DNA of 59,532 nt, the filler included. It is 9 parts of 9 records of this genome, joined end to end, with 100 filler letters (N's around TTAATTAATTAA, not from the genome) between each part and the next. Parts side by side here need not be neighbours in the genome. Positions count along the whole stretch, not along the records: positions 47,949 to 53,733 come from SRR31147125_21647; positions 53,834 to 59,532 come from SRR31147125_21663; 7 more parts are not named here. One strand, given 5' to 3'. Under the pieces are notes generated by a model. The model did no database searches. It was not told where the DNA came from and saw only the letters and a list, made by a program, of their open reading frames with translations. Below, piece by piece: positions 51,965 to 59,532 of this stretch (positions are counted from its first letter, which is position 1; every line of letters starts with the position of its first letter). The position numbers and the translations under genes are program-made.

Positions 51965-53173
51965 TTGAGTGAAATAAATTTAATGAGGTATGGGACAATA
52001 GATTATAGAAAAGTTAGCTTAGAAAAGCACGGAGAATGGAAAGGTAAAGTTGAGGTTATCTCACGAGTTGAAGCAAAAGACAAGGAAAGCTTATCACTAG
52101 CGTACACCCCTGGTGTTGCCGAGCCATGCCTTGCTATAGAAAAGGATATTCAAAAATCGTACGAACTTACAAGAAGATGGAATATGGTAACGGTTGTTTC
52201 TGATGGAAGCGCAGTACTTGGGCTTGGAAATATAGGCCCAGAAGCGAGCATGCCTGTTATGGAAGGAAAGTGTGTACTCTTTAAAGAATTTGCTGACGTT
52301 GATGCTTTTCCTCTTTGTGTTCAGTCTCAAGATGTTGATACAATTGTGGAAACAGTTTATCAGATTTCTGGAAGTTTTGGCGGAATAAACTTGGAAGATA
52401 TTGCAGCTCCTAGATGCTTTGAAATTGAAGCTAAACTTAAGGAAAAATGTGATATACCAATTTTCCATGATGACCAACACGGTACTGCTGTTGTTACTAC
52501 TGCTGCAATGATCAACGCTATGAAACTTACACAAAGAAAACTAGAAGACCAAGAGGTTGTTATTGCTGGAGCTGGTGCAGCTGGTGTTGCTTGTACAAAG
52601 CTTTTAATGAGCATGGGCTTGCGAAACGTAATTTTATGCGATAGTAAAGGTGCTATATATGAAGGAAGACCAGAGGGTATGAATCCTTTTAAGGATGAGA
52701 TGGCTAAGGTTTCGAACAGAGAGATGAAAAAAGGCAGTCTTGCGGATGTTGTTAAAAATGCCGATATATTCATCGGTGTTTCTGCACCTGGGATTGTAAC
52801 TGAAGAGATGGTTAAAACTATGAACCCAGACCCAATCATCTTTGCTATGAGTAACCCAACACCAGAAATCATGCCAGATTTAGCACTAAAGGCTGGTGCT
52901 TCTGTTGTAGGAACTGGTCGTTCCGATTTTGATAACCAAATCAACAATGTTTTGGCTTTTCCAGGAATATTCCGAGGCGTATTTGATGTAAGAGCAAGCG
53001 ACATAAACGAAGAGATGAAGATTGCAGCCGCTTATGCCATTGCAGATTTGGTAGCCGATTCTGAATTGAAACCAGAATACGTTATACCAAAAGCTTTTGA
53101 TGACCGTGTTGCTCCAGCTGTTGCAAAAGCTGTTTCTAAGGCTGCTAGAGAAACTGGAGTTTCTAGAATATAA
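51965..53173 (+). CDS. NAD(P)-dependent malic enzyme (start uncertain)
   Basis: LSLAYTPGVA, DGSAVLGLGNIGP, VMEGK, GGINLEDI, FHDDQHGTA, GAGAAG, TGRSDF.NQINNVLAFPG. Confidence 0.95.
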   Translation: MSEINLMRYGTIDYRKVSLEKHGEWKGKVEVISRVEAKDKESLSLAYTPGVAEPCLAIEKDIQKSYELTRRWNMVTVVSDGSAVLGLGNIGPEASMPVMEGKCVLFKEFADVDAFPLCVQSQDVDTIVETVYQISGSFGGINLEDIAAPRCFEIEAKLKEKCDIPIFHDDQHGTAVVTTAAMINAMKLTQRKLEDQEVVIAGAGAAGVACTKLLMSMGLRNVILCDSKGAIYEGRPEGMNPFKDEMAKVSNREMKKGSLADVVKNADIFIGVSAPGIVTEEMVKTMNPDPIIFAMSNPTPEIMPDLALKAGASVVGTGRSDFDNQINNVLAFPGIFRGVFDVRASDINEEMKIAAAYAIADLVADSELKPEYVIPKAFDDRVAPAVAKAVSKAARETGVSRI

Positions 53174-53195
53174 ATATTTGTACACATATTATATT

Positions 53196-53221
53196 AGAGC
53201 CGAATTGTATCGGCTCTTTTT
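53196..53221 (+). terminator. Intrinsic terminator
   Basis: AGAGCCGA-attgta-TCGGCTCT-TTTT. Confidence 0.85.
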
Positions 53222-53248
53222 ATGGACAAAATGAAAGGCATAACACTG

Positions 53249-53733
53249 ATGAAAAAACTAGTATCTAGTGAAGAGATTAAAAACCTATTTTTTGATGGAA
53301 TGACTGTTATGATAGGCGGATTTGTCTTTTTGCGGCAACCCGTTAAAACTTATCGATTTAATCTTTGAAAGCAAGGTAAAAGATATTACCGTTATATGTA
53401 GTGACACAGGAAAATTCAACCAAGGCATAGGAAAACTTATTCATGCAAAACAGGTTACAAAGCTGTATACCTCACATATTGGGCTAAATGCCGAAACAGG
53501 CCAGCAATACTCTAACGGAGAGCTCGACTTAGAGCTTTGTCCGCAAGGTTCTTTAGCAGAAAGAGTACGGTCTGGAGGGTACGGTCTTGGCGGTGTTTTA
53601 ACAAAAACAGGACTTGGAACTTTAGCACAGCAAGGTAAGCAGGTTATAAATGCAAACGGCGAAGATTACATCTTAGAAACTGCTCTTAGGGCCGATATCT
53701 CTCTCATTTTTGCAAGTACAGTCGATGACTTTG
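53249..53733 (+). CDS. 3-oxoacid CoA-transferase subunit A (frameshift near 53325, 3'-truncated)
   Basis: DGMTVMIGGF then CGNP, SHIG.N.E, PQGSLAER.R.GG.GLGG.LT.TG.GT. Confidence 0.9.
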
Positions 53734-53833
53734 NNNNNNNNNNNNNNNNNNNNNNNNNNNNNNNNNNNNNNNNNNNNTTAATTAATTAANNNNNNNNNNN
53801 NNNNNNNNNNNNNNNNNNNNNNNNNNNNNNNNN

Positions 53834-53860
53834 TGCTTCGTCGTTCCTCCTCGCAATGAC
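53834..53860. repeat. Partial REP-like repeat (right arm) at the contig edge
   Basis: TGCTTCGTCGTTCCTCCTCGCAATGAC matches the arm at 54230-54258 in the same orientation. Confidence 0.8.
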
Positions 53861-53870
53861 GAATTTGCAT

Positions 53871-54164
53871 TTATTCTATTTTATCAGTTAAATCCTTCCA
53901 GTCAGGATTTTGCACATTGATTAAATCAATCTTTTTCTTCCTTGAACCACCTTTAATTTGTTTCTCTCTAATAATAGCTTCTTCTATTGAATGAAAAACT
54001 TCAAAATAGACGAGCTTATCAACATTGTACTTTTTAGTAAAACTAGTTTGATAAATTTTATTCTTGTGCTCATACATTCTTTTTATCAAATCAGAAGTAA
54101 CACCTGTATAAAGAACAGTATGATTCTTATTTGTCAGAATGTATGTTGCACCGCCTTTCCCCAT
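53871..54164 (-). CDS. Small GIY-YIG nuclease family protein (97 aa)
   Basis: TYILTN....VLYTGVTSDL.KR..EHK.....FTKKYNV.KLVYFE......AI.REKQIK...R.KK..LI...NP.W.DL. ATG at 54164. Confidence 0.93.
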   Translation of the reverse strand: MGKGGATYILTNKNHTVLYTGVTSDLIKRMYEHKNKIYQTSFTKKYNVDKLVYFEVFHSIEEAIIREKQIKGGSRKKKIDLINVQNPDWKDLTDKIE

Positions 54165-54186
54165 TTTTATAATTGTCGTACTGACA

Positions 54187-54258
54187 GTCATTACGAATAT
54201 AGCGAAGCAGTCTTTTCTCTGTTGCAGATTGCTTCGGTCGTACCTTCCTCGCAATGAC
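54187..54258. repeat. REP-like composite palindromic element (GTCAT...ATGAC type)
   Basis: GTCATTACGA..CGAAGCAGTCT, spacer, AGATTGCTTCG..TCGCAATGAC form imperfect inverted arms. Confidence 0.8.
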
Positions 54259-54261
54259 GAT

Positions 54262-55011
54262 TTATTTCAATAGTTTCATTTCAAACTCACCTCGAATACC
54301 AATCTGATCTTCACAAATCATTACAGCAGCAATTATTTCACCATGGTTCTCGGTTCTTTTAAGCACCTTTTCAACATCGCCCGGCTTTTTAATCAGATTG
54401 CCAAATCCTGTTGCGAAACCATCAGCCAAAGCAGTTTCCTTACAAACAATCATAACAGCATCAGCCTTTCCAAAACTTCGCGATGGACCAACTGTACCAG
54501 CTGAAGTACATACCCCGCAAGGTGTTTTTATAGGATCTATTTCCAATCCTACCATCCCCGACAAAGGCGACTCTCCTGCAAAAATACTCATAACCAGAGG
54601 ATTTTTAACTTTCAGAAAAATATCACCACCGTTCTCAATAACCAATTCGTTAATCGAAAAGTTCTCTAAAAGTGATTGTCCGATTGTTTCACTAAAAATA
54701 CCAGCCACAGTTGCCATAGGACCAACTCCTGATTTATCAGCTGCCATTGCCATTTGTTTTGCCAGCTCAGGAGCATTATCCTTAACTGGACAAGGCTTTA
54801 GGCTTTTCTTAAAAAACGAATCGTTAGCTACATAAGTTTCCAATTCATCCCGAATCAATTTTAGCTTTTCCAATGCAAAATCAGCCATTTCTTTTTTGTA
54901 AGAAGTGGGATCAATACCAATCCACAAATCCGAATCTTTGTAAGTAATTACAAATGATTCAAATCGTTCTTTTGAGAAGCTGCTTCGATATGTTCGTGGT
55001 TCAAATATCAT
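54262..55011 (-). CDS. UPF0280 / ApbE-like protein (MA1715-like sulfur-assimilation factor)
   Basis: EPRTYR, VGPMATVAG, IENGGDI, IFAG.SPLS, GVCTSAGTVGPS.SFGKADA. Confidence 0.9.
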   Translation of the reverse strand: MIFEPRTYRSSFSKERFESFVITYKDSDLWIGIDPTSYKKEMADFALEKLKLIRDELETYVANDSFFKKSLKPCPVKDNAPELAKQMAMAADKSGVGPMATVAGIFSETIGQSLLENFSINELVIENGGDIFLKVKNPLVMSIFAGESPLSGMVGLEIDPIKTPCGVCTSAGTVGPSRSFGKADAVMIVCKETALADGFATGFGNLIKKPGDVEKVLKRTENHGEIIAAVMICEDQIGIRGEFEMKLLK

Positions 55012-55422
55012 TATCCCCTAAAATCAATTTCAAATAAGTTTAACGGACAAGCCGGCACACACAATTCGCAAACAATACATTTTTCCGGATTGAATGAAAG
55101 TTCCCAGTTAGTATCCATAGTTAAAGCTCCAGAAAAACAAACAGCGGTACAGTTCCCGCAGTTAATGCATTTCTCCTGATTCCAATGAATCTTTTTTGTT
55201 TAACGGTTCACAGCTCACATGGTTTTCTTCCAACCAGGCTATTCCTTTTTTCAGGTTATCAGCTGTTCCCTGAAGCTCAAGAACCAAACTTCCGGTTTTC
55301 CCGGGACGAACTTCTGCTTTCAATATATTTATACGGATATCGTAATCTTTTACCAAATGGTAACTCAATGGTTTATCACCACTTTGAGCAGGAAACTTTA
55401 AGATATATCTTTTCTTTTTCAT
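55011..55422 (-). CDS. NIL-domain 2x[4Fe-4S] ferredoxin (MA1822-like; one extra A near 55195)
   Basis: NIL domain (YHLVKDYDIRINILKA). Removing one base continues with CINCGNCTAVC and CIVCELCVPACP. Its TAA overlaps the next ATG. Confidence 0.9.
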
Positions 55423-56579
55423 GATTCACCTCCAACCTCTTTTAGTCCGTTTAGGCTTGTATTTGATGGAAACATTTTCACAGGTTCTTGCAATTCAAAC
55501 TCACCTTTTTGAACTTGCGCTTTTAATAAATCAGCAATTTTACGTGCTTTTGCCAAACTGGCAACAGGAGCTGTTCTTACTTTTTTTCCGTTTACCTTAA
55601 TTGAACCAGAACGAAGTTGTTCATAATTCACCTTCCCAAGAGCAGGAGTTCCTTCGCTACCGTAATCCAGAACAGTCGTTTCAATTTGTTCATTTCGAAT
55701 AGAAAGACGGTGAGCCATATCTTCATCCAGAACAGGAATTGGAATTCCAATTCCAACAAATAAGCTTGTACCGTATTTTTCGTAATAAGCAGCTTGCAGA
55801 TACTCAGATGTCATTCGTTTTAAATCGCCAATCACAGCAATTGTTGCAGCATTGCTCATGGGTACACCATGCTCATTCTTTGGTTTGCTGGTGTTAAACT
55901 GAGTTCCTGGCCAACTTACATAACCTTCTGTTCCTCCTAAAAAGATTCGAGTTCCTAAGCCAATCGTCCGAAATTCAGGATCATTCAAAAGTGGGCTTAA
56001 CTCTCCGGCTGTAGAATAAGTCGCATTCCGCAAATTCGGAAGTAAAGACCCCATGTAGGTGTATTTAATTTTCTCAGTTGTATTAACAGCCACATTGTAA
56101 TTTTGATATGCATTTCGTGGATTAAACAGGAACAGCTCATTCACTGTTTCCTTGCTAATTTTGGTTTTAATATGCTTTCTTGGATAACAGTCTGTTCCTT
56201 TTCCCCATGCTTCCAGCTCTAACTCTTTTCCTTCAACCAAATCCTGAATAACATGAGCCCCTCCATACTTCGGATTATCTGGATTACAGGCTGTTGCCCC
56301 AACATAAGTATCAACAGCGGCCAAGCCTTCATAAACAGGTACTCCATTCAAGCGAATTTTTTCCATTCGAATAGGTGGATCTGCATGACCAAAATTGATA
56401 AACGCACCACTGGAACACATTGCACCAAAAGTAGCAGTTGTTACCACATCAACTTTTTTTACAATTTCAGCAGGCGAAAGCTCTTTGCTCATAGCCGAAA
56501 CCTCTTCGGCGGTTAGCACAATAGCTTTTCCTTTCCTTATTTTCTCGTTAATTTCTTCGTATGATTTTTTAATAGCCAT
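55419..56579 (-). CDS. DUF39 homocysteine biosynthesis protein (L-aspartate semialdehyde sulfurtransferase, MA1821/MJ0100-like, no CBS domains)
   Basis: EINEKIRKGKA.VLTAEE, VDVVTTATFGAMCSSGA, YGGAHVI, GTDCYPR, NPRNAYQNY, GELSPLLNDP, GIGIPIPVLDE. Confidence 0.92.
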   Translation of the reverse strand: MAIKKSYEEINEKIRKGKAIVLTAEEVSAMSKELSPAEIVKKVDVVTTATFGAMCSSGAFINFGHADPPIRMEKIRLNGVPVYEGLAAVDTYVGATACNPDNPKYGGAHVIQDLVEGKELELEAWGKGTDCYPRKHIKTKISKETVNELFLFNPRNAYQNYNVAVNTTEKIKYTYMGSLLPNLRNATYSTAGELSPLLNDPEFRTIGLGTRIFLGGTEGYVSWPGTQFNTSKPKNEHGVPMSNAATIAVIGDLKRMTSEYLQAAYYEKYGTSLFVGIGIPIPVLDEDMAHRLSIRNEQIETTVLDYGSEGTPALGKVNYEQLRSGSIKVNGKKVRTAPVASLAKARKIADLLKAQVQKGEFELQEPVKMFPSNTSLNGLKEVGGES

Positions 56580-56675
56580 CTTTTTGATTTTTCTTTTTAA
56601 AACGAAACACAACTTCTCCACCCCCGCAAACGAGGCAACTTATATCTTCTTGATATGAATGAAAATACGCGCAAG

Positions 56676-56753
56676 TCAGCGCATACAACTATTTGAAAAG
56701 TGCATCTGGCTAAGCCTGAAAAGTAGCAAGGATGTTTTTTTAACGTGCGTCAT
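56676..56753 (-). CDS. Candidate 25-aa leader peptide MTHVKKTSLLLFRLSQMHFSNSCMR
   Basis: ATG 13 nt after the riboswitch P1 in an A-rich context with A at -3. The final Cys-Met-Arg-stop codons overlap a hairpin followed by T4. Confidence 0.45.
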   Translation of the reverse strand: MTHVKKTSLLLFRLSQMHFSNSCMR

Positions 56754-56766
56754 GCTTTTGGTTTTA

Positions 56767-56868
56767 ATTATAATTCCGTTTCCGGCCGGGTCTTGGCACC
56801 TTTTCAATCAAATGATTAATGGTTGCCAGGGTTTCTCAGAGCCCGATCTCTCCGCCCTTCGTTATAAT
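56767..56868 (-). ncRNA. SAM-I family (S-box) riboswitch
   Basis: Minus strand reads ATTATAA-cgaagggcGGAGAGAtcgggctctgagaaaccctGGCAACC...AAGGTGCCAA..ccggccggaaacgg-aa-TTATAAT. P1 ATTATAA/TTATAAT pairs and the conserved GCAACC/GGTGC P3 is present. Lies upstream of a homocysteine operon. Confidence 0.88.
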
Positions 56869-56907
56869 CAAAAACCCCAATAGGTGGGATCATTTGATAA
56901 TCTGCTG

Positions 56908-56939
56908 CAAAGATAATGTCAAAAGTAATAATTATCAAA
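56908..56939 (-). promoter_or_regulatory. Bacteroidetes primary-sigma promoter driving the riboswitch leader
   Basis: Minus strand TTTG-N20-TATCTTTG matches the -33/-7 consensus TTTG / TAnnTTTG. Confidence 0.8.
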
Positions 56940-57047
56940 TAATACCCGAGCTAAGCTTCTAAAATTGCAATTCGTTACTTTTCATTGACAGGTATTGGAA
57001 AATATTGAGAGTTAAAAATGTATATTTAAGAACAAAAAAGTAATAGT

Positions 57048-57821
57048 ATGAATATTAATAAAACAACAGTTATACAAGTCATTTCAATCTGTATAATAGG
57101 TATTCTTTGTATAAATTGTAAAACAACAAAACAAACAAGTAATGAAGGTTTTGTGGAAATATTTAATGGGAAAACATTAGATGGCTGGGAAGGCGATTCG
57201 GTATATTGGCGGGTTGAAAACGAAAATCTGGTTGGTGAAGTAACCCCCGAAACCATTCTAAAAAGAAATACATTTATCATTTGGCGCGGTGGCATTCCTG
57301 GCGATTTTGAATTGAAACTTGAATATCGGGTGAGTTCAAAAGGAAACAGTGGAATCAACTATAGAAGTGAAGAAGTTGAAGGCTTAAAGTATGCGCTCAG
57401 AGGCTATCAATGTGATATTGATGGAGCCAATCGATACACTGGTCAAAACTACGAGGAACGTGGGCGCACAACACTCGCTTATCATGGACAAATTACCGTT
57501 TTAGATCAACTACCTGATTCTCTTTCAGACAAACCGATTAAAGAATTGGTAGAAAAAAATGCCTGGTCAAAAGCAAAGATTACGGGATCGATTGGAGAAA
57601 TTGAGGATTTAAATTCAACAATTTTAAACGAAGATTGGAACAGTGTGCATATTATAGCAAAAGGAAACCGCTTACAACACTTCATAAATGGAACATTAAT
57701 GAGCGATGTTACCGATAACGATTCAAAAAACAGAAAAATGAAAGGTTTAATCGGTGTTCAGGTACATGTTGGCCCTCCTATGAAAATAGAATATCGTAAT
57801 ATCCGTTTAAAACAAGATTGA
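57048..57821 (+). CDS. DUF1080 (3-keto-disaccharide hydrolase-like) probable lipoprotein
   Basis: IFNGKTLDGW, DFELKLEYR...GNSGI.YRS, GYQ.DI, WN...I...GN...H.ING, G.IG.Q.H, YRNIR.K. Confidence 0.9.
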   Translation: MNINKTTVIQVISICIIGILCINCKTTKQTSNEGFVEIFNGKTLDGWEGDSVYWRVENENLVGEVTPETILKRNTFIIWRGGIPGDFELKLEYRVSSKGNSGINYRSEEVEGLKYALRGYQCDIDGANRYTGQNYEERGRTTLAYHGQITVLDQLPDSLSDKPIKELVEKNAWSKAKITGSIGEIEDLNSTILNEDWNSVHIIAKGNRLQHFINGTLMSDVTDNDSKNRKMKGLIGVQVHVGPPMKIEYRNIRLKQD

Positions 57822-57932
57822 AATATTAAAGCCATTCCTTTTTTGAGATTAATACCTGACTTGATCCAATAGAAAGACAATTCAACTCGATTCTTCTAAT
57901 TTTTCTACCTTTGCATAAATTTTTGAATACCG

Positions 57933-59408
57933 ATGAAAAATAAGCTGCAGATTTACAATACATTAAGTAGAAAGAAAGAAATTTTCACACCTATACATCC
58001 CGGGAAAGTGGGTCTTTATGTTTGCGGACCAACTGTCTATGGGAAAGCACACTTAGGACATGCACGTCCTGCTGTTACCTTTGATTTGCTATTTCGTTAT
58101 TTGCAACATTTAAGTTTTAAAGTTCGCTATGTGCGAAACATTACCGATGTTGGCCATTTGGCAAATGATGCAGATGAAGGAGAAGATAAAATTGCAAAAA
58201 AGGCACGTTTGGATGAATTAGAACCCATGGAAGTGGTTCAGATATACACCAACGATTACCATAAAAACATGCAGAAGCTGAATGTGCTTCCTCCTAGCAT
58301 TGAACCTCGGGCTACAGGTCACATTCTGGAACAAATTGAAGTTATTGAAAAGATTCTGGCAACCGGCTACGCCTACGAAAGTAAAGGTTCAGTTTATTTC
58401 GATGTAGAAAAATACGCAAAAGATCATCCGTACGGAGAATTATCGGGTCGTAAGATTGAAGACCTTCAGTGCAACACCAGAGAACTGGATGGACAGGGAG
58501 AAAAACGCTCACCTCTTGATTTTGCGATTTGGAAAAAAGCAGCACCTGAACACATTATGCGTTGGCATTCCAAATGGAGTGATGGTTTCCCTGGCTGGCA
58601 TCTTGAATGTACTGCTATGGGATCAAAATATTTGGGAGAAACCTTCGATATTCATGGCGGCGGTATGGACTTAACTTTTCCACATCACGAAGCAGAAATT
58701 GCTCAGTCCAAAGCGGCTTTTGGTCATGCTGCAGTTCGCTACTGGATGCATAATAACATGATTACCCTGAATGGTCAAAAAATGGGCAAGTCGCTAGGTA
58801 ATGCCATTTCATTGGATGATTTTTTTGATGGAAGTCATCCACTTTTAGATAAGGCTTATTCAGCAATGACTATTCGCTTTTTCATGCTAACTGCTCATTA
58901 TCGTAGCACACTTGATTTCTCGAACGAAACTCTGCAAGCCGCAGAAAAAGGCATGGAGCGTTTATTAAAAGCTGTTGATACACTTGAATCGCTTCAGCCC
59001 AAAGATCAATCAAGCATCAATGTTGCTGAGCTAAAAGAGAAATGCTATGCTGCTATGAACGATGATTTAAATAGCCCTGTAGCAATTGCGCATCTTTTTG
59101 ATGGAGTAAAAATGATCAACTCCATTGCTGACGGAAAAGCAACTGTTTCGGAAGAAGATTTGACCGAGTTGAAGAAGCTTTATTCAACCTTTGTTTTTGA
59201 ACTTTTTGGATTGCAGAAACAAGAAAGTGGAAGCTCTGAAAGTTCTTCTGCATTTGAAGGTGCTATTGATTTATTGCTACAACTTCGTATGGATGCCAAA
59301 GCCAATAAAGATTGGGGTACTGCTGATAAAATCCGAGATGAACTGGCAAAACTCGGCTTTGAAGTAAAAGACACCAAAGATGGCTTTGACTGGGAATTGA
59401 AAAAATAA
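57933..59408 (+). CDS. cysS: Cysteine-tRNA ligase
   Basis: [12 protein letters not shown]-like HLGH, NITDVGH, PGWHLEC, DIHGGG.DL.FPHHE.E.AQ, KMGKS. Preceded by a TACCTTTG -7 box at 57906. Confidence 0.98.
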   Translation: MKNKLQIYNTLSRKKEIFTPIHPGKVGLYVCGPTVYGKAHLGHARPAVTFDLLFRYLQHLSFKVRYVRNITDVGHLANDADEGEDKIAKKARLDELEPMEVVQIYTNDYHKNMQKLNVLPPSIEPRATGHILEQIEVIEKILATGYAYESKGSVYFDVEKYAKDHPYGELSGRKIEDLQCNTRELDGQGEKRSPLDFAIWKKAAPEHIMRWHSKWSDGFPGWHLECTAMGSKYLGETFDIHGGGMDLTFPHHEAEIAQSKAAFGHAAVRYWMHNNMITLNGQKMGKSLGNAISLDDFFDGSHPLLDKAYSAMTIRFFMLTAHYRSTLDFSNETLQAAEKGMERLLKAVDTLESLQPKDQSSINVAELKEKCYAAMNDDLNSPVAIAHLFDGVKMINSIADGKATVSEEDLTELKKLYSTFVFELFGLQKQESGSSESSSAFEGAIDLLLQLRMDAKANKDWGTADKIRDELAKLGFEVKDTKDGFDWELKK

Positions 59409-59532
59409 TAAGCTTTTTATCACCCAGTTTTATTTCAATGCCTTTTCCTATTTATGGGTCAGACTCTAAAACAACAGGGTTGTGATACTGATTGAATCTG
59501 GGTTCATGCGCCGCACGGTGCTAGTCTTATCT

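Noticed and set aside
54165-54254. 30-aa N-terminal extension of the GIY-YIG ORF in the ORF track
   Set aside because: It is a translation of the palindromic repeat. The family-typical start is the ATG at 54164.

Overview
This window is not one locus. It is nine unrelated contig fragments joined by identical 100-nt artificial spacers (N44-TTAATTAATTAA-N44), so gene neighbourhoods are only meaningful within a fragment. Taxonomic labels are inferred from gene content and motifs. (1) 1-8259, marine gammaproteobacterium-like: pheT, ihfA, DUF1853, ybfA, ybgA, phrB and a photo-oxidative stress cluster. (2) 8360-13587, low-GC firmicute-like: a large secreted SBBP beta-propeller plus RHS/YD protein. 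(3) 13688-20448, deltaproteobacterium-like: lipase-like hydrolase, Rrf2, hcp cluster. (4) 20549-26370, high-GC clostridial-like: two surface proteins sharing an unrecognised C-terminal domain, followed by an SLH protein. (5) 26471-32410, firmicute-like: CN hydrolase/TetR, CocE hydrolase, OmpR-type two-component system. (6) 32511-38629, FCB/KSB1-like: O-methyltransferase, SatD plus a membrane protein, PPDK/PEPS regulator, Hsp20, EEP nuclease. (7) 38730-47848, Desulfobacterota-like: KamA-family enzyme and a divergent three-gene kleisin/KITE/SMC-like (Muk/Mks/Wadjet-type) operon. (8) 47949-53733, clostridial metabolic genes. (9) 53834-59532, Bacteroidetes-like: a GIY-YIG nuclease flanked by palindromic repeats, an archaeal-type homocysteine operon under a SAM-I riboswitch and a candidate leader-peptide attenuator, DUF1080, cysS. 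About ten genes carry single-base frameshifts in short homopolymers, most likely sequencing errors. The best leads are the divergent SMC operon, the SatD/membrane-protein pair with a 29-bp-periodic operator array, the shared-domain/SLH surface-docking set, the GIY-YIG/repeat element, and the riboswitch plus leader-peptide control. No rRNA, tRNA or CRISPR array was seen.
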